Positions 26,146-33,696 of a stretch of 33,696 nucleotides of DNA are shown here, piece after piece. The notes under the pieces were generated by a model. The model had not been told where the DNA came from, made no database searches, and worked only from the letters and a program-made list of their open reading frames with translations. This DNA is from an uncultured virus (IMG/VR IMGVR_UViG_3300042898_001580) (lineage: Duplodnaviria > Heunggongvirae > Uroviricota > Caudoviricetes > Crassvirales): IMG/VR virus record IMGVR_UViG_3300042898_001580; one strand, 5' to 3'. Positions within the stretch are counted from its first letter, which is position 1, and every line of letters begins with the position of its first letter. Position numbers and translations under genes: made by a program.

Positions 26146-26210
26146 CATTATGGGGAAAGGCTACATGTTTGTTTAGAGTGTAGCCAAGTACCCATTTTTA
26201 TTTAAACAAC

Positions 26211-26498
26211 ATGAGAACCTTAAACGAGTTATATAAATTACTTTTAACAGAATTTGAAACATATGACCATCCTGGTATTTGTTGTGCTATAATAAATTTA
26301 AAATGGTTTAGTAAAATAACAATGGAAGAATACCATGCTTTACTTAAACATTTTGAGTCAGAAAGGCCCAAATTATTTAAAAATACATTATTTATATTTA
26401 AAAATAAATATAGGTATAAAACAGAATATTGGTGGCCTCCTTTAAGTAAAACTCCAAGAATAAAATTTATTAAACACTTAATAAACAAAACAAAATGA
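26211..26498 (+). CDS. Hypothetical protein
   Basis: 95 aa, GICCAI...YWWP...RIKFIKHLI pattern. Confidence 0.65.
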   Translation: MRTLNELYKLLLTEFETYDHPGICCAIINLKWFSKITMEEYHALLKHFESERPKLFKNTLFIFKNKYRYKTEYWWPPLSKTPRIKFIKHLINKTK

Positions 26499-26821
26499 AA
26501 AAACTAATTTTAATTGCAATGATAGCTTTATTAACTAGTTGCACAGAATCTACTGTTAAAATAACAGATGAAGAAACAGAATTACCTAATAAAGTAGTTA
26601 AATCTTTAGATGATACTACATTAGTTAAACAGTACGCAATAGTAGAAACAAATGATAAGTTGTATTTACTTACAAAGAAAGATACTGAAAAGAAATTCTT
26701 TGTGGAAAAAACAATAACAAAGAATGCTGATGAAGGTACTGCCTTTCTTCTTGGAATATTAGTAACACTTTTTGTTGCTGTACTTATAGGAGTAGCAATA
26801 AACAATTATAATGAACCATAA
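26495..26821 (+). CDS. Predicted lipoprotein with C-terminal TM helix
   Basis: MKKLILIAMIALLTSC lipobox plus hydrophobic C-terminus. Confidence 0.65.
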   Translation: MKKLILIAMIALLTSCTESTVKITDEETELPNKVVKSLDDTTLVKQYAIVETNDKLYLLTKKDTEKKFFVEKTITKNADEGTAFLLGILVTLFVAVLIGVAINNYNEP

Positions 26822-27065
26822 AAACAAAGTAGAACCAATCAAGAGTTGGTCAGCTCAATGGATGATAGAGCACGAACTATGGCATCCACCTGTTACATCT
26901 GTAGACTTTACTAAGACTACTGCTGAAAAAGCAGAGTTAAAGGTGGAGAAACTGCACCATAAGTTAGCAAAGTTAAATGCTAACTACAAATCTAACCAAT
27001 TACAGCTGTTAGCTGATTTGGCTAAATCAAAACCAAGGTTTAATGTTTTTATAACTACGTTATGA
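26811..27065 (+). CDS. Hypothetical protein
   Basis: 84 aa, overlapping gene chain. Confidence 0.55.
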   Translation: MNHKNKVEPIKSWSAQWMIEHELWHPPVTSVDFTKTTAEKAELKVEKLHHKLAKLNANYKSNQLQLLADLAKSKPRFNVFITTL

Positions 27066-27421
27066 GAAACCACTCTAATGATAGAAAACTCTGTTGGCTA
27101 GATGCTAATGGAAAGTTTGTGCCTGTAAGATTCTTACTAAATTGGGAAATAGAACGATTACTAACAAGATTTTTAGTTGATGACAAGTACTATGGAAGTT
27201 TATTAGGTTCTGAATGGCGTTCTATCCTGGAGAATGAAAAAGCCTTTAGGAATCAATCCATAGACAGATTGTTCTTTTCTTTACTCTTTAAAGATAATAG
27301 TCTTGCTGAAAAGAAAGATATATTATTTCTCATTAATCCTGACTTTACAGTTAAGGAAACAACAAAATTAGCTGAAAAACTTATCCTATCTCAGAAAAAA
27401 GCTATTGTAGCAGAGGATTAA
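27062..27421 (+). CDS. Hypothetical protein
   Basis: 119 aa, overlapping gene chain. Confidence 0.6.
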   Translation: MRNHSNDRKLCWLDANGKFVPVRFLLNWEIERLLTRFLVDDKYYGSLLGSEWRSILENEKAFRNQSIDRLFFSLLFKDNSLAEKKDILFLINPDFTVKETTKLAEKLILSQKKAIVAED

Positions 27422-27529
27422 GTAAAGCTAAAGTACGTTAAAACTTGTGTAACGTAATAACTCAAGTATATGGACTGCTGGATATTGAATAGTAGTTGAA
27501 CAATTTTTTATATTTTAATTTTAATTTTT

Positions 27530-28078
27530 ATGGCAAATTTTGAAACAGCCTTAGCAACAGGCAAAGCATTAATTCGTAAAGTATGGGTAAATGAAGGTTC
27601 TTCAAAAAACCAATTAGGTATCCAATTAGTACAACAAATCCAAAATAACACAGAAGCGGTAAATCCATCTCTGTTGTTACAAGGTATTAAAAACACACAA
27701 AAACTTACTGTAGTTATATCTGCAAAGCAAGATGTAGCTTTAAGTGGTGGTGTGAAAATACAAGACTATATTGAACAAGACGAAGTTTTGTTTGCTGAAG
27801 ATTTGTATGCTAAACTAGCAGGTGCTCCTGTTGAAGTAAACATTCAGTGTACAGAGAATAACTCTCCTTACCGTATGAATGGTTCTATTATTGCTCGTAA
27901 TGCAGCAGGTGAACCTCTTACTATTGACCCAAAGATTAATCCTTCTACAGGTGAAGTAGTAATGGCTAATGGTAAAGAAGTTTACCGTCATACTTCTCTT
28001 GTATTTGGTAAACCTTCTCACACATTCCTACGTGCTGAATCTACATCAGTAGAAGCATTAGGCTTGCAAGAAGCGTAA
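27530..28078 (+). CDS. Probably highly expressed hypothetical protein (possibly ssDNA-binding-like)
   Basis: 182 aa, strong codon bias (CGT, GCT, TCT), PKINPSTGEV...GKEVYR motif; function tentative. Confidence 0.55.
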   Translation: MANFETALATGKALIRKVWVNEGSSKNQLGIQLVQQIQNNTEAVNPSLLLQGIKNTQKLTVVISAKQDVALSGGVKIQDYIEQDEVLFAEDLYAKLAGAPVEVNIQCTENNSPYRMNGSIIARNAAGEPLTIDPKINPSTGEVVMANGKEVYRHTSLVFGKPSHTFLRAESTSVEALGLQEA

Positions 28079-28165
28079 ATTTAAAATAAAACTATACAAA
28101 CCTCAAGTTTGATTCTTTATGCGGATGAAGAATTTTTAGAGAGGTTTATTTTAATACATAAGATT

Positions 28166-30094
28166 ATGTTTAAAAAAAATGATTATATAGTGTTGTTAAA
28201 CAAAAATTGTGCAAATCATAAAGCAAATTTTTGTTATAAACAAAGACAAAATTCAGACCATATTCAACCTTATAAAGATAATGTAGGCAATACTACTAAT
28301 GGAAGTACTGTATTTTATTATAAACATGAAGAAAATTGGAGATACGCTAATTCTCAAGAAATAGCTGAATATAATAGAATAGGTAAACCTTATGATGTAA
28401 CAACTCTTAAAACTATCAGAACTCTAAATAAAGATACTGTTAAAGTAGGTCAGAAAGTTAGGGTTATTGCTGAAGACGCTAGAACATTAGGTTTTGAAGG
28501 TATGGGCAATAATGATAATTTTAAAAAAGGATATGTTGGAATTATTACTAATATAAACGGTGGAGATTACATTTATGATAATAATCATTTATGGGCTTAT
28601 ATTGATGGAAAAGGTGGTATAATTACTGGCTTATTAGAACTACTAGAAGAACCTAAATCTAAAGAAGTTATTTCTGAAAAAGAACCAGAAGTATTAGTAT
28701 TTGGTAAATTTAAAATAGGTAGTATTGTTGTTAGTACGTCTGACTTTGGTAATAGAAGAAAAGAAGGTGGATTATTTAAAGTATTTCCAAATTCTACTTA
28801 CGATACATTATTTTATTCACAAAATGGGTATAATACTGGTACTACAGATACTTGGAGACAAGCTACCCCTGAAGAAATTAAAGCTTTTGAATCGGGTATT
28901 ACTAATATTAAAGATATGAAAAAAGAAGAAGATTTAGTTGGTAGGTATATTAAAGCTTTAAAAGACAGTCCTCAAAATACAGGTATTAAAAAAGACAACT
29001 TTACTAAAATAACTTATGACAATGGGCATAATTATAGTATTGACAATGGATGTGCTGTTAGTAAAGTTAATTTACCTACAGATTGGGAACTAATGCCTGT
29101 TGGTTTTAATCCATCTGAAGTTAAAGGAGAACATTCTTTTTATGTTAAATATGAACCTGCTTTTACAGAAGATATATTTAATAAACTAAAAGAATGGTGT
29201 AATAAGAATATACCTAATATTAAATGGTATAATCATGTTTTTGGAGATAAATATGCAGATTTTGCTTTTGGAAAGTATCCTTATTTTAGATGTTTTTATG
29301 ACCAACCAGATAAATTTTATTGTTGTGGTGTAGATAATAACAAACAAAATGCTAAAAAACAACTATCTTTATCAGAATTATGTACTTTAATAGGTTACAA
29401 ACCAGAAGTTGATAAACACTTTAGAGATTATTCTTTTAAAGGTAAATGGATTCAAGCAGCACATTGGGGTTCTACTTCATTTGCTAAATGTGACTATTTT
29501 ACTGAAGGGGTAGTTTATTTTACTGAATGTATTAGAGATGGTGTTTATACAGAAGTTAGTACTTGGTGGGGAAATTCACAAGAACCTAATAGGTTAAAAG
29601 AAGTTTCTTTATTAGAAATCCAAAAGTATTTACCTGAAGGGCATGTTGATAAAATACCTAATACTTCAGAAGAATTTAAAGTAGGAGATTGGGTTATAGG
29701 TTGGCATGCTAAAATATCTGAAGGTTATAGAGATAATGCTTGGAAAATTACAGAGTTAATCTTTGATAATAATGGAAGAAAAATAATTCATGTTAGACCT
29801 CAACCAGGATATTCTACAAGTTTTGAAGATATACGTAAAGCAACTCCAGAAGAAATAGCTAAAGCTCAAAAGTTACAAAGAGACAGATATATAGACCAAG
29901 CTTTTACAAGTAAATATACTAAAGAACCTTGGACTGTAAGTGCTGCATATTCAGAAGAATATCCTATTTTTGCAGAGCCTAAAAAGCAAAAGTATCAGTT
30001 TAGTGAAGTAGAGTATTTAGCTAAACCAATTAATCAACAATTAGATTTACCAATAGTTAAAAAGTACAAAAAGAAATCAATAATCAATTTATAA
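28166..30094 (+). CDS. Modular repeat protein (SH3/KOW-like units ending in WRxATPEEI)
   Basis: Likely start MFKKNDY at 28166; repeats FKKNDYIV..WRYANSQEI, FKIGSIVV..WRQATPEEI, FKVGDWVI..IRKATPEEI. Confidence 0.7.
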   Translation: MFKKNDYIVLLNKNCANHKANFCYKQRQNSDHIQPYKDNVGNTTNGSTVFYYKHEENWRYANSQEIAEYNRIGKPYDVTTLKTIRTLNKDTVKVGQKVRVIAEDARTLGFEGMGNNDNFKKGYVGIITNINGGDYIYDNNHLWAYIDGKGGIITGLLELLEEPKSKEVISEKEPEVLVFGKFKIGSIVVSTSDFGNRRKEGGLFKVFPNSTYDTLFYSQNGYNTGTTDTWRQATPEEIKAFESGITNIKDMKKEEDLVGRYIKALKDSPQNTGIKKDNFTKITYDNGHNYSIDNGCAVSKVNLPTDWELMPVGFNPSEVKGEHSFYVKYEPAFTEDIFNKLKEWCNKNIPNIKWYNHVFGDKYADFAFGKYPYFRCFYDQPDKFYCCGVDNNKQNAKKQLSLSELCTLIGYKPEVDKHFRDYSFKGKWIQAAHWGSTSFAKCDYFTEGVVYFTECIRDGVYTEVSTWWGNSQEPNRLKEVSLLEIQKYLPEGHVDKIPNTSEEFKVGDWVIGWHAKISEGYRDNAWKITELIFDNNGRKIIHVRPQPGYSTSFEDIRKATPEEIAKAQKLQRDRYIDQAFTSKYTKEPWTVSAAYSEEYPIFAEPKKQKYQFSEVEYLAKPINQQLDLPIVKKYKKKSIINL

Positions 30095-30104
30095 GCAACA
30101 AACA

Positions 30105-30488
30105 ATGAAAAAATCAAATTTAAAAGACCGTGTATTAGCCTTTCTTAAAGGTGGTGATGAAGCAAAACTAACTCGTTTTGAAGGTAAGTTAGATAAACAT
30201 CTGGCTAAACAAATTTCTATGCGTGAGGATCAAATTGAAACTCTTGAAGAAAAGATTGTTGATGCCAAAGAAGATCTTAACGAAACAATCCTTAATGTAA
30301 ATCCTGATAGTGTAAACACTACAGAAGGTGCAGAAAGTTATTGTGTTACTTACTTGAAACAAGTACGTGCTAAACGTAATGTAATCTTGGGTTATGAAAA
30401 CCAAATTGCAGCTTTACAAGAAGAAATTGCAGAGTTTAAGGCTGATGAAGCAGCAATTTATTCAGTTCCTGCTGAAAAGAAAGCTTAA
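30105..30488 (+). CDS. Coiled-coil hypothetical protein
   Basis: 127 aa, heptad pattern, high-expression codons. Confidence 0.7.
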   Translation: MKKSNLKDRVLAFLKGGDEAKLTRFEGKLDKHLAKQISMREDQIETLEEKIVDAKEDLNETILNVNPDSVNTTEGAESYCVTYLKQVRAKRNVILGYENQIAALQEEIAEFKADEAAIYSVPAEKKA

Positions 30489-30499
30489 TTAAAAACTAT

Positions 30500-30594
30500 A
30501 AAGCAAGCCAAGCTAAGAAATTATTTACTAACAAAAACAGTTACTGCACACTGTAGGTATTTAACTAATTAGATGGTACTTGGCTTGCTTTTTA
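30500..30594 (+). ncRNA. Stem-enclosed RNA element / long-loop terminator
   Basis: Perfect 13-bp AAAGCAAGCCAAG/CTTGGCTTGCTTT enclosing 66 nt with an inner hairpin. Confidence 0.4.
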
Positions 30595-30604
30595 TATTAT
30601 TATT

Positions 30605-30805
30605 ATGGATAAACTACAGCGAGAAAAAAGAAATAGCAAGCGCATATTAAGTGCGATGTTTTACGATAGGTTTGTCAGGTTTAACTTTGATGATGCTCCT
30701 ATAGATTGGGAATGGCACAGAAAGTGGACTAACAAAGTAAACACGAGAAAAAGAGTATTTCCTAAAAAATACATTACTAATACTGATGTATGTAATATAG
30801 ATTGA
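30605..30805 (+). CDS. Hypothetical basic protein
   Basis: 66-aa ORF abutting the kinase gene. Confidence 0.5.
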   Translation: MDKLQREKRNSKRILSAMFYDRFVRFNFDDAPIDWEWHRKWTNKVNTRKRVFPKKYITNTDVCNID

Positions 30806-30806
30806 T

Positions 30807-31370
30807 ATGAAAATAATAGCGTTAAAAGGAAAGAATGGTAGTGGTAAATCCACAGTAGCAACTATGTTAGCTAAGAAATTAGATGAAAAAGGTATTAGTA
30901 ATAAAGTATTATCTTTTGCTGAACCTTTGAAGAAGATAGTAGATAAAGCATTTTTTCCTAAAAAATCTCCTCTTAATTGGGAGAATAGAGATGAAAAAGA
31001 AGTTGGTAGAAATTTATTAGAAACTACTGCTGATGCTATTAAATCTAGTTTTAGTTTTAATCCTTTTGCCAAAGAAGTTTTAAATAGTATTTATAATTTT
31101 GATACAGAATTGGCTATGGTTGATATTTGGAGAGAAAAACAATCTGTTGTAATTATTTCTGATTTAAGATTTAAAGATGAATTAGAAGTTTTAGGTAATT
31201 GGATAGAAGAAGAACTTGAAGATGAAGTGCTAGTAGTAGAAATAAGTAATGTCTTAACTCAAAATAATCCTTCAGAGTACGATTTAGATTTGATAAAAGC
31301 AGATAAAACACTTATCTTTGGAAAAGATATTGAAGATCAGTTGGATTCTCTTATTAAAGAGATACTTTAA
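30807..31370 (+). CDS. Deoxynucleoside monophosphate kinase (P-loop)
   Basis: IIALKGKNGSGKST, SFAEPLK and VIISDLRFKDE motifs of phage dNMP kinases. Confidence 0.85.
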   Translation: MKIIALKGKNGSGKSTVATMLAKKLDEKGISNKVLSFAEPLKKIVDKAFFPKKSPLNWENRDEKEVGRNLLETTADAIKSSFSFNPFAKEVLNSIYNFDTELAMVDIWREKQSVVIISDLRFKDELEVLGNWIEEELEDEVLVVEISNVLTQNNPSEYDLDLIKADKTLIFGKDIEDQLDSLIKEIL

Positions 31371-31384
31371 GTAATATAAGGTAA

Positions 31385-31457
31385 CTTCCTGTAGTTCAAT
31401 TGGATAGAATATGGGATTTCTAATCCTATGATAGAGGATCGTAGCCTCTCAGGAAGA
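31385..31457 (+). tRNA. tRNA-Arg(UCU)
   Basis: Full cloverleaf: CTTCCTG/CAGGAAG, GTTC/GAAT, TGGGA-TTTCTAA-TCCTA, AGAGG-ATCGTAG-CCTCT; CCA not encoded. Confidence 0.85.
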
Positions 31458-31609
31458 CTAATAATCAAAGAAAAACTGCAACACTAAGAATTTTACTTCT
31501 TACTAACCTTATCCAGCTTTATCTTTGAGCATTAAAACAGGGTACACTCAGTTCCCGTTCTTTAACCTGTTTAATAATTCCTTATGTGAAACTGGAATTG
31601 TTTTCCAAT

Positions 31610-31640
31610 ACTCTCTTGAGATGTACCAAGAGAGTTTTTT
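31610..31640 (+). terminator. Intrinsic terminator downstream of the tRNA
   Basis: ACTCTCTTG-AGATGTAC-CAAGAGAGT-TTTTT. Confidence 0.75.
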
Positions 31641-31652
31641 AATTTATGAATT

Positions 31653-31844
31653 ATGAAATTACTATTAATAATAACAGCTATTATATGTTACACTATAATA
31701 AGAGGAGTATGGTTTCATTCTTTAAGTTTAAATTCTCAAGGATATAAAGCTGAAAAATACTTATTGAAACATAAGAAAGAAGCTAAAAGATTAGTAATAT
31801 TAGTAATATTATTAGGAATAGTAGTATTATATTTATTATTTTAA
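31653..31844 (+). CDS. Small two-TM membrane protein
   Basis: 63 aa, hydrophobic N- and C-terminal segments. Confidence 0.55.
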   Translation: MKLLLIITAIICYTIIRGVWFHSLSLNSQGYKAEKYLLKHKKEAKRLVILVILLGIVVLYLLF

Positions 31845-31880
31845 ACACAAACTATCTAAAACCAAGTAACAACACTAACA

Positions 31881-32225
31881 ATGGAGAATAACCACACGCC
31901 AACGCCTTGGATAATATCAACCGATGGAACATACTTAGCTTATTATGATGAGAACAATAAACCTCAACAAATAGCTATGTTTATTAAAAAGGAGAACGGT
32001 CATTTTGCAGTAACCGCCTGCAACACCCATAACGTCCTTAAAGCCGAGAACACTCTGTTAAAAGAAGTAAACGAAGCCCAGATATTTACTATTGAAAAGT
32101 ATCAAAAGGAGAATGAGGAGTATAGGGTTATGCTTGGTAAAATAATAGAAGCCAAAAACAACTCTAATAAGCTATGGAAAGCTATTAAGGAAACAGAATT
32201 TTTACTAACCAAACACAGCAAATAG
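31881..32225 (+). CDS. Hypothetical protein
   Basis: 114 aa, HTPTPW N-terminal motif common in phage early proteins. Confidence 0.65.
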   Translation: MENNHTPTPWIISTDGTYLAYYDENNKPQQIAMFIKKENGHFAVTACNTHNVLKAENTLLKEVNEAQIFTIEKYQKENEEYRVMLGKIIEAKNNSNKLWKAIKETEFLLTKHSK

Positions 32226-32226
32226 A

Positions 32227-32568
32227 ATGAAAACAGCAGAAGAAATTTTAATTGATTGTTATAGTTACTATGGAAACTTTAATGATATAAAAGATATTGA
32301 AGATGAGATTACCGATGAGGGAGTAAAGGCTGCCCTAGAAGCTATGGAAACATACACCACCCAACAAACATCCGACCTAACCACCCAACTAGCAAAAGCC
32401 AATTCCGATAAGGAGAGGTTAGGGGAGTTGCTCAAAGTGGAATACAACACTTGCATTGAAAAAGCTAACGGTTGGGGACAAGTTGGAGAAGAAGAACTGC
32501 AAAAAAACCGATTGAAACAAGCTGATGAGATTTTACAAACCCTGCAAGATTGCGGAATAACCCTTTAA
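32227..32568 (+). CDS. Hypothetical protein
   Basis: 113 aa, MKTAEEIL...ALEAMETY pattern common in Bacteroidota phage proteins. Confidence 0.65.
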   Translation: MKTAEEILIDCYSYYGNFNDIKDIEDEITDEGVKAALEAMETYTTQQTSDLTTQLAKANSDKERLGELLKVEYNTCIEKANGWGQVGEEELQKNRLKQADEILQTLQDCGITL

Positions 32569-32578
32569 AACAAACACC

Positions 32579-32791
32579 ATGACAGAATTACCGAAAGAAT
32601 GGCAAGAAAAAGCTGAAAAATACTCTTGGGCTACTAATGACCAACAATCATATTTAGATGGCGCAACAGCCTATAAGCAAGCAGTAGAAAAGATGTTGAA
32701 TGATGAATTACCCAACTCTAAAGCACAAGAGCCATTTATTAAACATCTATTATCAAAGTTACAAACCCTTAAACCCACATCAAATGACTAA
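32579..32791 (+). CDS. Hypothetical protein
   Basis: 70 aa, AEKYS...SYLDGA pattern. Confidence 0.6.
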   Translation: MTELPKEWQEKAEKYSWATNDQQSYLDGATAYKQAVEKMLNDELPNSKAQEPFIKHLLSKLQTLKPTSND

Positions 32792-33617
32792 CGAAGATAA
32801 AGCCTTAATTAAGGAAACAAGCGATTTGCTTAAACAGCTAAAGCCGCTATTAAACAAAGTAGAAAAATTTATTTGTGAGCCTATTGATACAACAGAGGGT
32901 GAGTTTGAGTATAGAAAAATGCTAACTGAAAGTATGATGAATATTACCAAAGGTAAAATATATAAGTGCTACTACCAAAAAGGAGAGGATGCTTATACCA
33001 TTATTAACGATATTGGTAATATGGATAAGGATTGGGATGTGGGATGTTTTGAAGATAAAACATATACGCACGCTGAATTTTTAGCCCAAGAACAGGGCAA
33101 AGAATGGAAAGAGGGGTTTATGCCAAAATATGGAGAATGGTTTAAAAATGACCTAGGCTCTTTGTTTTTAAGGACAGGTAAAATTGGAATTATTGAGGGC
33201 GATACACAAGATGGTACTATCGTAGAATTTTATACCCATACTTGGTTATCTGAACCTACCCCCGAAGAAATCCAATCCCACCTAGTAGCCATAGCAGAGA
33301 AGAGATATCCTGTTGGGGCTACATTTATAAATCTATATTCAAATGTTAGGCAAATAGTAGCCAACCACAAATATACGCATTATAAAAACGGTGAACTTAG
33401 GGTTAATGGAGGTTTGGTTTGGCACAATGGCAAATGGGCAGAGCAAGCACCAATTGAAACAGAGCAGAGGTGGAAAGTTAATGTTGAAAGAACCTATGAC
33501 CATCTCAACGAGTACAGGATAATAGTAGAGTTAGATGAAAAAAATGGGCTAAATAAAGAACGGGCAGATAAAGCAGCCGAAGCCATCAAGCAATACCTAA
33601 GTATTAACCAGTTTTAA
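32784..33617 (+). CDS. Hypothetical modular protein
   Basis: Likely start MTNEDK at 32784; PTPEEI...AEKRYPVG...NGKWAE, related to the repeat unit of 28166-30094. Confidence 0.65.
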   Translation: MTNEDKALIKETSDLLKQLKPLLNKVEKFICEPIDTTEGEFEYRKMLTESMMNITKGKIYKCYYQKGEDAYTIINDIGNMDKDWDVGCFEDKTYTHAEFLAQEQGKEWKEGFMPKYGEWFKNDLGSLFLRTGKIGIIEGDTQDGTIVEFYTHTWLSEPTPEEIQSHLVAIAEKRYPVGATFINLYSNVRQIVANHKYTHYKNGELRVNGGLVWHNGKWAEQAPIETEQRWKVNVERTYDHLNEYRIIVELDEKNGLNKERADKAAEAIKQYLSINQF

Positions 33618-33633
33618 ACAAAGCATAAACAAC

Positions 33634-33696
33634 ATGGCACTAAAAGTAACAATATTCAACACGGAAGAGCAAAAGGTTAAGATATATCAGCAAGAT
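33634..33696 (+). CDS. Partial hypothetical protein (runs off the window)
   Basis: MALKVTIFNTEEQKVKIYQQD after an AAAC-rich leader. Confidence 0.5.
   Translation, partial: MALKVTIFNTEEQKVKIYQQD

Noticed and set aside
128..31457. Amber (TAG) stop-codon recoding or a suppressor tRNA, as known in some Crassvirales
   Set aside because: Long genes are intact in code 11, several end in TAG (128, 495, 1747, 8480, 12308), and the tRNA loop TT-TCT-AA reads UCU, not CUA.
31458..31540. HDV-like theta ribozyme after the tRNA
   Set aside because: The trailer is A/T-rich with no nested P1/P2/P3 double pseudoknot.
26198..32456. Minus-strand ORFs in the early arm (26198, 26470, 27508, 27815, 30189, 30647, 30661, 32268) and nested 28725-28919
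   Set aside because: Shadows of coherent plus-strand genes with no independent motifs.

Overview
This is a fragment of an AT-rich Crassvirales (crAss-like) phage genome using the standard genetic code, with a likely Bacteroidota (Flavobacteriia-like) host. Positions 1-22.4 kb are a minus-strand late/structural module. In transcription order it carries a zincin-like protease, a candidate ncRNA, groEL, a small ORF, groES, small DNA-binding proteins, TerL, portal, a ferritin-like protein, a probable scaffold, the major capsid protein, conserved virion proteins, tail/fibre proteins and a lysis cassette. After a TACCC-rich divergent junction (22.45-22.77 kb), the plus strand carries small accessory/early genes, a repeat-rich protein, a dNMP kinase and tRNA-Arg(UCU). 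The most unusual signals are non-coding. (i) A dense set of structured RNA cassettes lies between the early genes, closed by long AACT...AGTT stems. It includes a tRNA mimic with no anticodon loop, a permuted D-arm element, and recurrent pseudoknots/kissing loops right after stop codons. (ii) A ~285-nt multiply pseudoknotted candidate ncRNA with its own promoter-like motif and terminator lies upstream of groEL. All RNA folds were deduced by eye and all protein calls come from motif recognition and synteny; no searches were run.
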